Origin: Escherichia phage 241Ecol014PP
DNA: 64,000 bases
Reading direction: 5' to 3' (one strand)
Sequence record: OR062943.1
Made by a program: the position numbers and the translations under genes. Positions 17,049 to 27,225 of this stretch are shown here, in pieces; the stretch's first letter is position 1; each line of letters starts with the position of its first letter. Below the pieces are notes generated by a model that saw only the letters and a program-made list of their open reading frames with translations, was not told the DNA's origin and did no database searches.

Positions 17049-18605
17049 GTGTCCAAAAAGAACCGCAGGAAACACAACGCCACAGCCAAAACTGTGAATA
17101 AATCTGGGAACGCAGGCGCACCAACTCATAATGTTCGTATGAGTGAGATCGGTTCTGGCGCACTTTCCCAAATTATGGCAGAATCGCAATCTATGATGGT
17201 TGAGGAATTGCGTTGGCCTCAGCTGATTGCCACAGTGGAGACTATGAAATGTGATTCCACAGTTGCTACTGCCTTAGATACAAAGTATGTTTTCATCACG
17301 AAAGCATTCAATGATTTTAAGATCCTTTATAATGTTAAAAGTGAAGACTCTAAGAAAGCTGCCGAGCTTATAGAGTATTCTTTGCGTAATTTGGCAAACC
17401 AACAAACCCTTCGGGATATTGCAAGAAGCGCAGCTACCTTTAACGAGTATGGTTTTTCACTGTTTGAGAAAGTATACCGCAGGGAGAAAGAAGGTAAATA
17501 TGCCGGGATGCTTCTTATTGATAAAATTGCATTCCGACCTCAGGCCAGTTTGTCCAGATCAGAGCCGTTTGTCTTTGACAAGAATAGTAGAACACTGACA
17601 GGTATTTATCAGTCACCTAATGCATTTCTAAACACTCAGAATGCACGCTGGGCTGGACCTCTTGCTGCAATGCCTTCAAAAGGCTTTAATGAGCCTGAAA
17701 TTTTCATCCCTGCTAAAAAGCTTATGCTCATGACCCTGTCAGGAACAGAATCTAACCCTGCAGGTGTGTCACCGATGATAGGTTGCTACAGATCTTTCCG
17801 TGAGAAAGTTCTGATTGAAAACCTTGAGGTTGTTGGCTGTTCCAAAGACCTTGGTGGTGTGCTTGAGCTGAAAATTCCTTCCAATATTTTGAACAAGGCC
17901 AGCATTGACCCGAATTCAATGGAAGGGAGAATGGTTGCAGACCTTATGCTTGACGCAGCAAACGCCCATAGTGGTGAGCAAAGTTTCTTTATACTTCCGT
18001 CTGATAGAGATAAGTCTGGTAAAGAGCTTTACTCCATGACCCTGAAGGGGGTTGACGGTATGGGTAAGCAGTATTCCACTAAAGATTTGATTGATGCCCG
18101 TAAGAAGGCGATTCTTGACCGTTTCGGTGCTGGCTTTATTAACCTCGGTAACGATAACGTCGGATCTTTCTCTCTGTCTGAGTCAAAACAGTCTATCCAT
18201 GGTCATTTTGTTCAGCGTGATATAGATATTATCACTGAGGCCTTCAATAAAGATCTTATCCCACAGCTTCTGGCATTGAATGGTATCATCCTTGAAGATG
18301 ATGATATGCCTAAACTGAAACCTGGTCTGATCGAAGAAGTGGACATGGAGAGCTTCTCCAAGTTTGTCCAGAGGATCGGTGCTGTAGGTTACTTGCCAAA
18401 AACTCCTGCAGTAATTAATAAGATTCTTGAAGTAGGCGGGTTTGATGAAAGATTTGACGAGGACATGGATCAGGAAGAGCTGATGAAGCTCTTGGGCCAG
18501 GACATTAGTAGGGCTGGTGATGGAATGGCTGCAGGATCCACTGGCAACGGCACTTCTAAGATGTCATCGACCAGAGATAATTCCATATCCAACATGGAAA
18601 ATTAA
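17049..18605 (+). CDS. portal protein (putative)
   Basis: 518-aa ORF directly after the terminase; GTG start; assignment by position and size. Confidence 0.5.
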   Translation: MSKKNRRKHNATAKTVNKSGNAGAPTHNVRMSEIGSGALSQIMAESQSMMVEELRWPQLIATVETMKCDSTVATALDTKYVFITKAFNDFKILYNVKSEDSKKAAELIEYSLRNLANQQTLRDIARSAATFNEYGFSLFEKVYRREKEGKYAGMLLIDKIAFRPQASLSRSEPFVFDKNSRTLTGIYQSPNAFLNTQNARWAGPLAAMPSKGFNEPEIFIPAKKLMLMTLSGTESNPAGVSPMIGCYRSFREKVLIENLEVVGCSKDLGGVLELKIPSNILNKASIDPNSMEGRMVADLMLDAANAHSGEQSFFILPSDRDKSGKELYSMTLKGVDGMGKQYSTKDLIDARKKAILDRFGAGFINLGNDNVGSFSLSESKQSIHGHFVQRDIDIITEAFNKDLIPQLLALNGIILEDDDMPKLKPGLIEEVDMESFSKFVQRIGAVGYLPKTPAVINKILEVGGFDERFDEDMDQEELMKLLGQDISRAGDGMAAGSTGNGTSKMSSTRDNSISNMEN

Positions 18606-18624
18606 AAATTATCAACACAGGGGG

Positions 18625-18653
18625 TTGCAAAACCTCCTTTGGCGTGATAAAAT
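18625..18653 (+). promoter_or_regulatory. sigma70-like promoter TTGCAA-17-TAAAAT
   Basis: TGa-extended -10 at 18648-18653. Confidence 0.5.
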
Positions 18654-18672
18654 AATCCACATGGGGAATAAG

Positions 18673-19092
18673 ATGCCACAGGAAGAAATGATTTCCTACG
18701 AAATCATCTACGAACCTGACACTAAAGATGCTCACGGTGAGTGGATGAGTAAAGACACCATCAAAAAGGCTAAAGATAACTGGGACGCAGCATACGCCGC
18801 AGGCCTAGTTTCTGAAAACCTTTTTCACTTGACCTCTACAGATGCTTTCACTATTGAAAAGACGTGGATTCAAGAAGAGTTTGATGTTGTAGTAATTGGC
18901 ACTGAGCAGGTCATCAAGGCTGGCTCTTGGGTTGCTAAAGTTAAATACAATAATCCTGAATTATGGGAAGCTAAGAAGGCTGGCATTGTTGGTGGCCTAA
19001 GCATTCAGGCAACAGGTAATGTTGATGAAGAGACTGGTGAAATTACCAACGTAAACTTCGGGATCAGTGTTGTAGAAGAGGGCAATGAATAA
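18673..19092 (+). CDS. head morphogenesis protein (function unassigned)
   Basis: ATG 18673 after GGGGAA; the track's 18517 start would overlap the portal by 89 nt and sit on the promoter. Confidence 0.3.
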   Translation: MPQEEMISYEIIYEPDTKDAHGEWMSKDTIKKAKDNWDAAYAAGLVSENLFHLTSTDAFTIEKTWIQEEFDVVVIGTEQVIKAGSWVAKVKYNNPELWEAKKAGIVGGLSIQATGNVDEETGEITNVNFGISVVEEGNE

Positions 19093-20069
19093 TGTCTGAA
19101 AAAACGATTACTATTAAAGAGAAGGGGATTGCCCTGTGCCATAAGGCGCAAGGCTATAGCGCTAACAACAGACCTGTATCTCTTTTGATGAAGAGTGATC
19201 TTAAGCCTGAGCAGTTAACAGACGATATTGTTAAGGCACTTCGCCAAGTTACTGTGGAGCTTAGTTTTGAAGAATACCTGCGTCGTTTCTTCGATATGTG
19301 GTATGATGATGCTAAAGCACTTGCACACATGCTCGGTTTTGAGATTGAAGAGGAGGCTTGGGCTAAAGAGCATCCTGATTGGGAATGGGCGCAAGCTGAC
19401 GCAGAGTCTTGTATTGCATGGCTGGAAGAGCGTTGTGATAACGTGACCATTCATAAAGCTGCAAAAGAAGGTAAACAGCTTAGCGTGGTAGATCAGTACA
19501 GCCTGTTAAAAACACAACAGATTTTTGAACAAGTAACCGCTGATCTCTTCGATAAAGAAGGGAACCTGATCAAGGCGGTACAGGAACCCGCTGAGGTGGA
19601 TAAAACTGCCGAGGTGGATGATGTTGCAAAATCCGCAAATACCGAGGAGAATCCGGTGGACGTAACCAAAACTAAAGAGTATCTGGATCTGCTGAAGCAA
19701 GTAGAAGAGCTGAAAGCAACCCAGAGTAAAGCTGAAGAAATCATCAAGGCCCAGGTTGAAGTTGAAAAAGCTAAAATGCTGACTAAGGCTCAAGCTTTAA
19801 GCTTTGTTGGTGAAGAAGATCATGCAACCCTGGTTGACTTCATGCTGGAAAAAGCTAACGAACCTATCGTAGCTATGCTGGAGAAAGCTCAAGCAAAAAT
19901 TGAAGAGCTGGAAGCAGAGGTGCATAAAACCAAAGAAGAGTTTGCCACCACTGAACATGGTAATGATGGCGAACCTGTTGTGGATGATATTGCGAAATCC
20001 GCAGAAGAAATTCTTGCTGAAAACGTTGCAAAAGCACTTGCTCGTGCACGTGCAGAATCTGCCAAATAA
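19092..20069 (+). CDS. scaffolding-like protein (acidic, coiled-coil)
   Basis: Glu/Lys-rich helical repeats (VDDVAKSA... twice); between portal and capsid genes. Confidence 0.4.
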   Translation: MSEKTITIKEKGIALCHKAQGYSANNRPVSLLMKSDLKPEQLTDDIVKALRQVTVELSFEEYLRRFFDMWYDDAKALAHMLGFEIEEEAWAKEHPDWEWAQADAESCIAWLEERCDNVTIHKAAKEGKQLSVVDQYSLLKTQQIFEQVTADLFDKEGNLIKAVQEPAEVDKTAEVDDVAKSANTEENPVDVTKTKEYLDLLKQVEELKATQSKAEEIIKAQVEVEKAKMLTKAQALSFVGEEDHATLVDFMLEKANEPIVAMLEKAQAKIEELEAEVHKTKEEFATTEHGNDGEPVVDDIAKSAEEILAENVAKALARARAESAK

Positions 20070-20089
20070 GACATTAACGGGGGAAATAA

Positions 20090-20479
20090 ATGATTACCGC
20101 TCAATATTCTGATATCGTGCTCGGCAAAGTTGATTCTAGCGATGCTGGCTACAATTTTAAAGAGATGGAAATTACACTGACAGAGCACCATCATGCTGGT
20201 ACTGTTGTAACAAAAACTGGCACTATCGCTAACGATGATGGCTCAGACGTTTATGGTGTTCTTGTAGACCGAGCTCTGGTAAAAGATGCAGGAAAAGTTC
20301 ATCTCGCTGAGCCTCTGCAAACAGGTCAGAAATATAAACTGGTTGTTGCAGTTCACGGTGTTACCTTTGCAAAAGATAAGCTGCTAGGGTCTAACGGTGA
20401 AGCAGCTAAGCAGGCTGTTCTTGAAAAGCTGGAAGCTCTGGGTAACAAAGTTCACGTCCAGACTCTTGGTGAAGAGTAA
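20090..20479 (+). CDS. small head protein (possible decoration protein)
   Basis: 129-aa ORF immediately upstream of the capsid gene; position only. Confidence 0.3.
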   Translation: MITAQYSDIVLGKVDSSDAGYNFKEMEITLTEHHHAGTVVTKTGTIANDDGSDVYGVLVDRALVKDAGKVHLAEPLQTGQKYKLVVAVHGVTFAKDKLLGSNGEAAKQAVLEKLEALGNKVHVQTLGEE

Positions 20480-20527
20480 GCCCTAAATTGTTCGGGAAAA
20501 TATTTAAGTTTTACTTTGGAGAAATAA

Positions 20528-21535
20528 ATGATTACTCGTAAAGATGAATTTGGCATTGTTGATTTAGGTGCTACTCTGGACCTTGTTCCGCGTCAATTCC
20601 GACTGATTACTGGTATGGATCTGTTCGAAACCCGTCTCGGAACCTCAACAATTGCTCAGATTGAGCGTGTTGATGAAGTTGTAACCGACATTCCGGCACG
20701 CCGTCGTGGTGGTGAGCGTAACTACGTTGGTAGTGAACGTGCTCAGGTTAAAAACCTGAACATCCCGTTCTTCCCTCTGGACAAAGGCATCACCGCAGCA
20801 GATGTTCAGAACTTCCGTCGTTACTTCACCCCTGATGCTCCGAAAACTGTTCAGGACGTAGTAACCCGCGTTGTTCGCCGTATCCGTGTTTCTCATGAAG
20901 CACTGCGTGAGAAAGCGCTGTTCCAGGCTATTCTGGGTAAATCCTATGCACCTGGTGACACAACCTGTCAGTATGACTACTACACTCTGTGGGGTGTGTC
21001 TCAGAAGTCTGTTGAGATTGACCCTGCAAAAGCAGATCAGGATCCGATGGAGGTTCTGGAAGAAGCTCGTCTGCACATCGCGCTGCAAGCTGGCGATAAC
21101 GCAGCTGGCTATCGTATTGTAGCCCTGTGCTCACCAGAGTTCTTCAGTGCTATTACCCATCACCCTCTGGTAGAACTGGCATACACCTATTACGGCTCTG
21201 CTCAGGAACCTCTGCGTCGCCGTCTGGGTGCTGGCGGTCAAGACAGCGTATACCGTGTGTTTGAGCATAAAGGTATCACCTTTATCGAAGATATCTCTGG
21301 CAATATTCCTAAGAAAGAAGCTCGCATTCTGCCGATGGGTATTGATCAGATGTTCCAGCTGCACTTTGCTCCGGCAGACGATGTTAACGAAGCAAACACT
21401 CCAGCACAGGAACTGTACATGTGGTATAAACACTCTGCATACCTGCGTGAAGAGAAGATTGAATCTGAAACTTCCATGCTGGCAGTTAACACCCGCCCAG
21501 AGCTGGTTGTTAAAGTAACTCTGAAAAGTGAATAA
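20528..21535 (+). CDS. major capsid protein (putative)
   Basis: 335 aa, position after scaffold, strongly biased codon use (ctg/cgt/ggt), terminator downstream. Confidence 0.55.
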   Translation: MITRKDEFGIVDLGATLDLVPRQFRLITGMDLFETRLGTSTIAQIERVDEVVTDIPARRRGGERNYVGSERAQVKNLNIPFFPLDKGITAADVQNFRRYFTPDAPKTVQDVVTRVVRRIRVSHEALREKALFQAILGKSYAPGDTTCQYDYYTLWGVSQKSVEIDPAKADQDPMEVLEEARLHIALQAGDNAAGYRIVALCSPEFFSAITHHPLVELAYTYYGSAQEPLRRRLGAGGQDSVYRVFEHKGITFIEDISGNIPKKEARILPMGIDQMFQLHFAPADDVNEANTPAQELYMWYKHSAYLREEKIESETSMLAVNTRPELVVKVTLKSE

Positions 21536-21557
21536 TCACTAAGGTGATTCATCCCAT

Positions 21558-21592
21558 ATGGGGAGGGGGTTCTCCCCTCCCCTTTTTATTTA
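21558..21592 (+). terminator. intrinsic terminator
   Basis: GGGGAGGGGG-ttct-CCCCTCCCC hairpin plus TTTTTATTT. Confidence 0.7.
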
Positions 21593-21615
21593 TTAGGGTT
21601 TACCAGGAGTGTCCC

Positions 21616-22461
21616 GTGAAGAGAGCTGTATATCCAGTTGAGTATGATCCTCTATTAAGAGTTTTCAACAATCAGTTAAGTTTTTATCAATTTTTAGCAC
21701 AATATAATCCAGAAATCAATGTTGGTTTATCAGCCCTGCTGCCACCAACAGAATTCGTTATCGGCAGTGTTCACTATCCATGTAGAACGATTGTAGACTT
21801 CTTCGAGAAGATTGCAAAACATACAGGCCTGCCAATTGATACTGGTATTTCAACTATCCGTATGGGTGTTATTCTTCTGTTCTTCACAGAGAACCTTGAT
21901 GAAAGCACTTTAACACTGCAAAGCGGGGATGTCAATATCACACTCACCCCGTCAGTGTTTAAAGAGGTAGATGCGGCTTTCCAAGTTTCCGTGGCAGAGG
22001 GCCATCTATGGGACCCTGTAGGGATGCCTAAAAAAGTGACCATAAACGATGAGCAATGCAGCATTGTTTATGAAGAAGATACCCAAACTTTCACCATTGA
22101 GTGGCCTAAGAAACGTTCTCAGGTTGTAAATCTTGGACTGGTCTCTACGATAGCTCCACCGCCTGAACCAGAGCCGGAGCCGCCTGTAGGTCCTACTGAA
22201 CCTGGTGGTGGTGAAGAATCCCAAGGCCCGACTGTACCTGAGGAAGGCACTGAGCAGGATCCTGAACAGGCACAAGAATCAAGATCTTCTCGTAGTGATG
22301 TTGATGCCATACTACAGCAGGCCGCAGCTCTTAACAACGAAGATGACAAAAGTGGTTCAAAAGATGCACTCCAAACCTTCGCCAAAGAGTACGGTGTTAC
22401 CTTAAGTAAGGCAAAAACTTTCCAAAATATGATGAAAGATTTTGAGGCTGCACTGGCATAA
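21616..22461 (+). CDS. virion protein with Pro/Glu-rich low-complexity segment
   Basis: GTG 21616 after AGGAG; PPPEPEPEPPVGPTEPGGGEE stretch; the track's 21544 start lies in the terminator. Confidence 0.35.
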   Translation: MKRAVYPVEYDPLLRVFNNQLSFYQFLAQYNPEINVGLSALLPPTEFVIGSVHYPCRTIVDFFEKIAKHTGLPIDTGISTIRMGVILLFFTENLDESTLTLQSGDVNITLTPSVFKEVDAAFQVSVAEGHLWDPVGMPKKVTINDEQCSIVYEEDTQTFTIEWPKKRSQVVNLGLVSTIAPPPEPEPEPPVGPTEPGGGEESQGPTVPEEGTEQDPEQAQESRSSRSDVDAILQQAAALNNEDDKSGSKDALQTFAKEYGVTLSKAKTFQNMMKDFEAALA

Positions 22462-22469
22462 TTTTGTTA

Positions 22470-22506
22470 AGGCCCCTTCCAAATCAGGAATGGGGCTTTA
22501 TTTTTA
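22470..22506 (+). terminator. intrinsic terminator
   Basis: GCCCC...GGGGC hairpin plus TTTATTTTT. Confidence 0.55.
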
Positions 22507-22520
22507 CGAGGTATTTTCAA

Positions 22521-23141
22521 ATGGCATGGTATGAAGATGAAGAGATTATCCCGTCCCCGCCTAACCATGATGGTGTAGTTGATACCCCAGAAGAACCACC
22601 AAAAGAAGATCCTATACCTCCGGAACCTGATCCAGACCAACCTCTTATTAATATTATGAGGTTGTTGCTTGGCAATGTTGATGAGGAAACCCTCCCTGAC
22701 GAGGTAATTAAAACATTCCTTGACATGGAGAAGCTGAAACTAAATTATCCGGCAGACCCTGATAAGCTACCTCTACTTAAGTACAATGTGCTTGTGCAGC
22801 TTGTGCGGTGGCTGATGATGCAGGAAGTGTCCAGCGGTAATGCAAGTATAACTTCCCGTCTGGAAAAAATAGGTGATGAGACCATAGAGATTCGTGGTGG
22901 ATCTGCCTACGCCCAATGGAAAGATTTCCTTGATTGGCTGCTGGCACACCCTGACTATGTAGATTCTGAACTGGATGCTTACAGCAGAATGATTATCATT
23001 GGTGGTGTTCGTGTAGACGAAGGAATTCGGGTTAAATTTAATGAAAACAGCAACGGACCGTTTGATGTCCAGGGGATTACACCTATCAGTGGTCTAAATA
23101 ACCAACCTCCTCGCCACCCAAGACGCAAACGCAGTTTTTAA
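22521..23141 (+). CDS. hypothetical virion protein (206 aa)
   Basis: ATG 22521; acidic Pro-rich N-terminal region. Confidence 0.35.
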   Translation: MAWYEDEEIIPSPPNHDGVVDTPEEPPKEDPIPPEPDPDQPLINIMRLLLGNVDEETLPDEVIKTFLDMEKLKLNYPADPDKLPLLKYNVLVQLVRWLMMQEVSSGNASITSRLEKIGDETIEIRGGSAYAQWKDFLDWLLAHPDYVDSELDAYSRMIIIGGVRVDEGIRVKFNENSNGPFDVQGITPISGLNNQPPRHPRRKRSF

Positions 23142-23147
23142 AAATTG

Positions 23148-23176
23148 TTGCTTTTGATGTATCTTTGTGGTAAAAT
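23148..23176 (+). promoter_or_regulatory. sigma70-like promoter TTGCTT-17-TAAAAT
   Basis: TGg-extended -10 at 23171-23176. Confidence 0.45.
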
Positions 23177-23194
23177 ACATTAGTGAGGGATATA

Positions 23195-23659
23195 ATGCTA
23201 AAGGTTAAATGTCAAACAAGGTTCAACCTAAAGCGCTTAGATCGCTTCTACAAAGACCTTGTGAGACTTGAAAGTAAAACAATAACCTACGGCTTTTATG
23301 ACGAACCTCACTCGTCAGGCTTAAATATGGCAACATTGGCAGCCATTCACAACTTCGGTTGGAACGGGCTGCCTGTTCGCAATTTCATGGAGACAGCCTT
23401 TGCATTTCATAGTACTCAACTGCAGACCTTGACAGAAAAATTGTTGAGAGCTATGGCCAGAGGATCAAGTGCAGAGGCCATTCTTAAGCAGATGGGGGAC
23501 ACAGGGGCCAAAGCTATCCAGTTTGTTATTGAGGCTGGACAGTTTAGTAATCCTACTGTCAGTGAGCAGTGGGCACAAGAGAAAGGCTTCAACGAGGCTA
23601 TGCGGCATTACGATGTGCTGCTTGAATCTGCAACCTTTAAAATTGGACAGCAAAAATAA
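23195..23659 (+). CDS. hypothetical head-tail joining protein
   Basis: ATG 23195 after GAGGGA; position only. Confidence 0.3.
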   Translation: MLKVKCQTRFNLKRLDRFYKDLVRLESKTITYGFYDEPHSSGLNMATLAAIHNFGWNGLPVRNFMETAFAFHSTQLQTLTEKLLRAMARGSSAEAILKQMGDTGAKAIQFVIEAGQFSNPTVSEQWAQEKGFNEAMRHYDVLLESATFKIGQQK

Positions 23660-23668
23660 GGGGGTTGA

Positions 23669-24094
23669 GTGGCAGCAGGTTATAAGCTGATAGGAAAGAA
23701 CAGACTAATACCTCGTAAAACATTCAAAGGTCGCCACAGAGTGTATAACAAAACAGTTGGTGGCCCTTTTGCCAACGAGGGGTTAGAACTTGAGTATGAA
23801 GAGTTTGATGTCTTAGAGTGTGTTGTGCAGCCGTTGACAGGAAGGGCAGCTAAAGATTACTCCTCTCAAATAAACCCTGAAGGTGACAGACAGTACGAGG
23901 CTTTTACAGTTTACTCCTCAACCAAGTTGTATAGTCCGGATGAAGGAACATATGCAATGGCTGATCAAATTCAACTTCCTGACATCCGTGGTGACTTGAA
24001 ATGGTTTACCGTTTTAAAATGCGATGCATATGTTACCTCTGGTGGTGGGAGATATAGATTTTTTGTGGTAGAAGAGCCTGAAGGAGAAGACTGA
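23669..24094 (+). CDS. hypothetical head-tail joining protein
   Basis: GTG start; position only. Confidence 0.3.
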   Translation: MAAGYKLIGKNRLIPRKTFKGRHRVYNKTVGGPFANEGLELEYEEFDVLECVVQPLTGRAAKDYSSQINPEGDRQYEAFTVYSSTKLYSPDEGTYAMADQIQLPDIRGDLKWFTVLKCDAYVTSGGGRYRFFVVEEPEGED

Positions 24095-24645
24095 TGGAAG
24101 CTTTCGAAAAAGTTTTTTCTGATCTTGAAACAACCATTGCTAAGCTCGTCAAGGTTGCCACAGGAAGAACTGTAGTTCTGGCAGAAAGCTCTACCATACC
24201 GAAGCCGGAAGGTGAGTTTGTACTTTTACAAACCTTGGCGATCAATCCCACCACTTGGGAAGATAATGAGTTTCAAGATGCGGAGGGTAATGCTTGTGTC
24301 ACCCACAGTTACACTGTTACCTATCTGCTAACAGCTTATCGTGGCAGGGCATATGCTGCACTTAGCAGAGTATTGCAAGCAATAAACCTTCCAATGTTTT
24401 ATGACAAGTATTTCCCTCTGGGATCGTGCTTTGCCTACTCTAACAATTCAACAATCTCACCTCAAAGAGTGCCGTTGAATAAGCAGACGTATGAAAATAG
24501 AGCCACTGTGATGCTGACATTTAACGTAAGGTTTGTTGAAACAGACATTGGGGCTTTTGAGGATCTTCAGGGAATTAAGGCTGAAATAACCACACACTTC
24601 CCTTCACCCAATTCTGGTAAAGCGGTTACAGACAGTGGTCAGTAA
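24094..24645 (+). CDS. hypothetical tail completion protein
   Basis: Start overlaps previous stop; position only. Confidence 0.3.
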   Translation: MEAFEKVFSDLETTIAKLVKVATGRTVVLAESSTIPKPEGEFVLLQTLAINPTTWEDNEFQDAEGNACVTHSYTVTYLLTAYRGRAYAALSRVLQAINLPMFYDKYFPLGSCFAYSNNSTISPQRVPLNKQTYENRATVMLTFNVRFVETDIGAFEDLQGIKAEITTHFPSPNSGKAVTDSGQ

Positions 24646-24660
24646 TCGTTATAATTGTGT

Positions 24661-24677
24661 AGTGTAATGATTACACT
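24661..24677. promoter_or_regulatory. perfect palindrome AGTGTAAT-G-ATTACACT upstream of the major tail gene
   Basis: 8-bp arms, just after a TATAAT-like hexamer (24650-24655), 40 bp before the 24718 start. Confidence 0.35.
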
Positions 24678-24717
24678 GCGTGTTTGATATCCGTGCACAG
24701 ATATTAAGAGGAAACAA

Positions 24718-26094
24718 ATGCCATATTTAGATAAAGTGGTAGATGTTACAGTTAACCTCGGAACCCAGCCTATTGACACTGTAGGTTTCGAAACTCCCCT
24801 GTTCATCGCTATCCACAACAACTTTACTGAGCGAGCTCGCGTATATGCAGAGCTGGATCAGATGGTGGAAGATGGTTTCGCACAAGGCTCTGCAGCGTAT
24901 GAGTTTGCAGCAAAAGCTTTTGGTGGTGTATTCCCTCCACAATACGTTATGATCGGCAGACAGGCCAAAGAAAAGACCACTGTAGATTTTAAAGGTATTG
25001 CTGCCGCAGCTGATACTGATGTCGTAATGACTATTGCAAAAGGTAGCTACAATACCTCTTTGATAGTCCCTATCTCTGGTGGAACAGCTGCAACTCAGAT
25101 TGCAGAATCAATGAAGACTAAAATCGAAGCAGATGATAACTTGGACGATATCACTGTAGAGGCTGCTGATGGTGTTATCACCATCACTGGTGACTGTACT
25201 GTTGGTTACCATACTGGTAACTATACAATCAAAAATATCGCCAATGCTGAAAAACCTTCTACAGTAGTTGATAAGATCAATGCTGAGCGTGACAATTGGT
25301 ACTTCCTGTGCCATGAAGACCACACCGACATTGAAGCATGTGCTAAGTGGGCTCAGGCTAACTACAAGCTGCATGTCTACTCTACTGCAGAAGATGTGAC
25401 TGGTAAAGATAATAACATCGCCACCAAACTGAAAGCTGCACAATATGACAGTGTCGGCATGTACGATCCTCGCGCAGATAAGGACTTCCCGGAGGGTGGT
25501 ATCATAGGTGCTATGGCATCCAACGATCCGTCTTACGGCGACAGCTTGCACTTAAAACAGATGCCAGGTGTGATTGCACCGTCTCTGACTTTAACTCAGC
25601 GTATGGCTATTTGGGAAAACCACGTTAACTTCTACAGAATGATTAACGGTGTTGGCGCTTTCTGGGAAGGTAAGTGTGCTTCAGGTCAGTATGCAGACGC
25701 TATTCGTTTTGCACACTGGATCAAGTTCAGATCTGAAGAATCTATGTTTGGGTACATGCATCGTCGCTCCAACATGGGTTTAAGCATGAAGATGTCTGAT
25801 GATGATCTTCCGGTTATCAAGTCTGTCCTGATGAACAACCCAATCAACACTGGCATTAAGAATGGTGCGATCCTGACAGGTTTTGACGAAGACAACAATG
25901 TGTTCTACGACCCGATCATCACAGTTCCTAAACGTGCAGAGATTCCAACCAATCAGTTGGCTGCTCGTGTTCTGGAAGGTGTGAAAGTAGAACTGGTGTA
26001 TAACAACGCCCTGCACTTCGTTCGTATCCGGATCAACGTCCTTCTGGACAAAGTTGGTTCTAAATCCACCAATGCTGTTGCAATGACTGAATAA
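24718..26094 (+). CDS. major tail protein, sheath-like by size and gene order
   Basis: 458 aa, followed by a 157-aa ORF, chaperone pair and tape measure, the usual sheath-tube-chaperone-TMP order. No motif evidence. Confidence 0.4.
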   Translation: MPYLDKVVDVTVNLGTQPIDTVGFETPLFIAIHNNFTERARVYAELDQMVEDGFAQGSAAYEFAAKAFGGVFPPQYVMIGRQAKEKTTVDFKGIAAAADTDVVMTIAKGSYNTSLIVPISGGTAATQIAESMKTKIEADDNLDDITVEAADGVITITGDCTVGYHTGNYTIKNIANAEKPSTVVDKINAERDNWYFLCHEDHTDIEACAKWAQANYKLHVYSTAEDVTGKDNNIATKLKAAQYDSVGMYDPRADKDFPEGGIIGAMASNDPSYGDSLHLKQMPGVIAPSLTLTQRMAIWENHVNFYRMINGVGAFWEGKCASGQYADAIRFAHWIKFRSEESMFGYMHRRSNMGLSMKMSDDDLPVIKSVLMNNPINTGIKNGAILTGFDEDNNVFYDPIITVPKRAEIPTNQLAARVLEGVKVELVYNNALHFVRIRINVLLDKVGSKSTNAVAMTE

Positions 26095-26104
26095 GGAAGA
26101 CTAG

Positions 26105-26578
26105 ATGGAAACTCAAATTTTAACTCCTTATGCTTATGATCCTAAAAAGGTCAAACTGTATCTGATGCAGCAGCGTGTCACTGGCTTCGCTGCTGACACC
26201 AAGATCGTTGTTTCAAGAAACGAAGACAACATCTACCCTCACGTTGGTGTGGATGGCGAAATGTCTGCTGCCCTGTCTCGTAACCAATCTGGTGTTATGA
26301 CTGTATCTTTGCAGAACACTTCTGTATGGAACGCTTACCTTTCTGACTGGCAGAAACAGGCATCGATTACTGGCCTGGTATTCTTCCCGGTTCTGCTGGA
26401 AGGTAGCCAGGGCCCTGGTATTTCCACAATTGGTTGGATCCAGAAACAGCCTGACCTGACTTACGGAACCGAAGTAGGTCAGCTGGACTGGGATATCGGT
26501 ATTCTGGATGCATGGCTCAACCGTGATAACATCACTGGTGCTCTTACTGGCCTCGCAGGTCTTGCAGGTATTATCTAA
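26105..26578 (+). CDS. tail tube protein (putative)
   Basis: 157 aa, position only. Confidence 0.4.
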   Translation: METQILTPYAYDPKKVKLYLMQQRVTGFAADTKIVVSRNEDNIYPHVGVDGEMSAALSRNQSGVMTVSLQNTSVWNAYLSDWQKQASITGLVFFPVLLEGSQGPGISTIGWIQKQPDLTYGTEVGQLDWDIGILDAWLNRDNITGALTGLAGLAGII

Positions 26579-26595
26579 GGGCACACTTTAGCATA

Positions 26596-26628
26596 AGCCT
26601 CACCTTCGGGTGGGGCTTTTTGCTTTTA
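26596..26628 (+). terminator. intrinsic terminator
   Basis: AGCCTCACC-ttcg-GGTGGGGCT hairpin plus TTTTTGCTTTT. Confidence 0.65.
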
Positions 26629-26668
26629 TGGTTTTGACACACGTTCTTGAATTGCTTGAAAGGTTAAA

Positions 26669-26697
26669 TTGACAATGCACCATAATCATGGTAAAAT
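26669..26697 (+). promoter_or_regulatory. sigma70-like promoter TTGACA-17-TAAAAT
   Basis: Consensus -35, TGg-extended -10 at 26692-26697. Confidence 0.55.
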
Positions 26698-26740
26698 ACA
26701 CAAATATGGTGCACAACATGACTAATAAGGATGCTATAAA

Positions 26741-27214
26741 ATGGCTATAAACTTTAGACCTACAACAGAGATTGATTTAGCAGGGCACAACTTTGTGATC
26801 ACCCACTGGGGACCGATGAAAGCAATGAAGAACATGCCTAAAATCGGTAAGATTGTGGCTGTCCCGCTAGGTGCTATCGGTGGATCTATTATCTCAGGCG
26901 GTCAGAACATGGCAGAGGTTCTTCCTACTGCTCTGGCTTACCTGTTCCAAGAACTTGATGATAACTCTATCGAAGAGTTATTTAAAATTTTGTTCGAAGA
27001 TATTACCGTAGATGGTGTGGATAAGCTTAACCCGGATGTTGTGTTTGCAGGGCATCTGCTGGAGATGATTAAGCTGGCAGGTAAGGTTCTGGAGGTTAAC
27101 TACGGCTGTTTTTTCACACAAGACGGTTTAGGAAGCCTTCTGGAGATGTTACAGCAGATGGGTATGATTCAGCAGGTGAACAACCTGGATCAGACTCCGG
27201 AAGAGCAGGAATAA
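26741..27214 (+). CDS. tail assembly chaperone (putative)
   Basis: 157 aa, acidic C-terminus, immediately upstream of the tape measure region. Confidence 0.4.
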   Translation: MAINFRPTTEIDLAGHNFVITHWGPMKAMKNMPKIGKIVAVPLGAIGGSIISGGQNMAEVLPTALAYLFQELDDNSIEELFKILFEDITVDGVDKLNPDVVFAGHLLEMIKLAGKVLEVNYGCFFTQDGLGSLLEMLQQMGMIQQVNNLDQTPEEQE

Positions 27215-27225
27215 GCAAGGTTGTT

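Noticed and set aside
18517-18672. Longer start for the head protein at 18517
   Set aside because: Would overlap the portal gene by 89 nt and lie upstream of the promoter; ATG 18673 preferred.
21544-21615. ATG 21544 start for ORF 21616-22461
   Set aside because: Lies inside the capsid-gene terminator hairpin; GTG 21616 has an AGGAG RBS.
19154-22385. Multiple 60-150-aa ORFs on either strand overlapping portal, scaffold and capsid genes
   Set aside because: Embedded in longer ORFs with strong codon bias; low-complexity translations.
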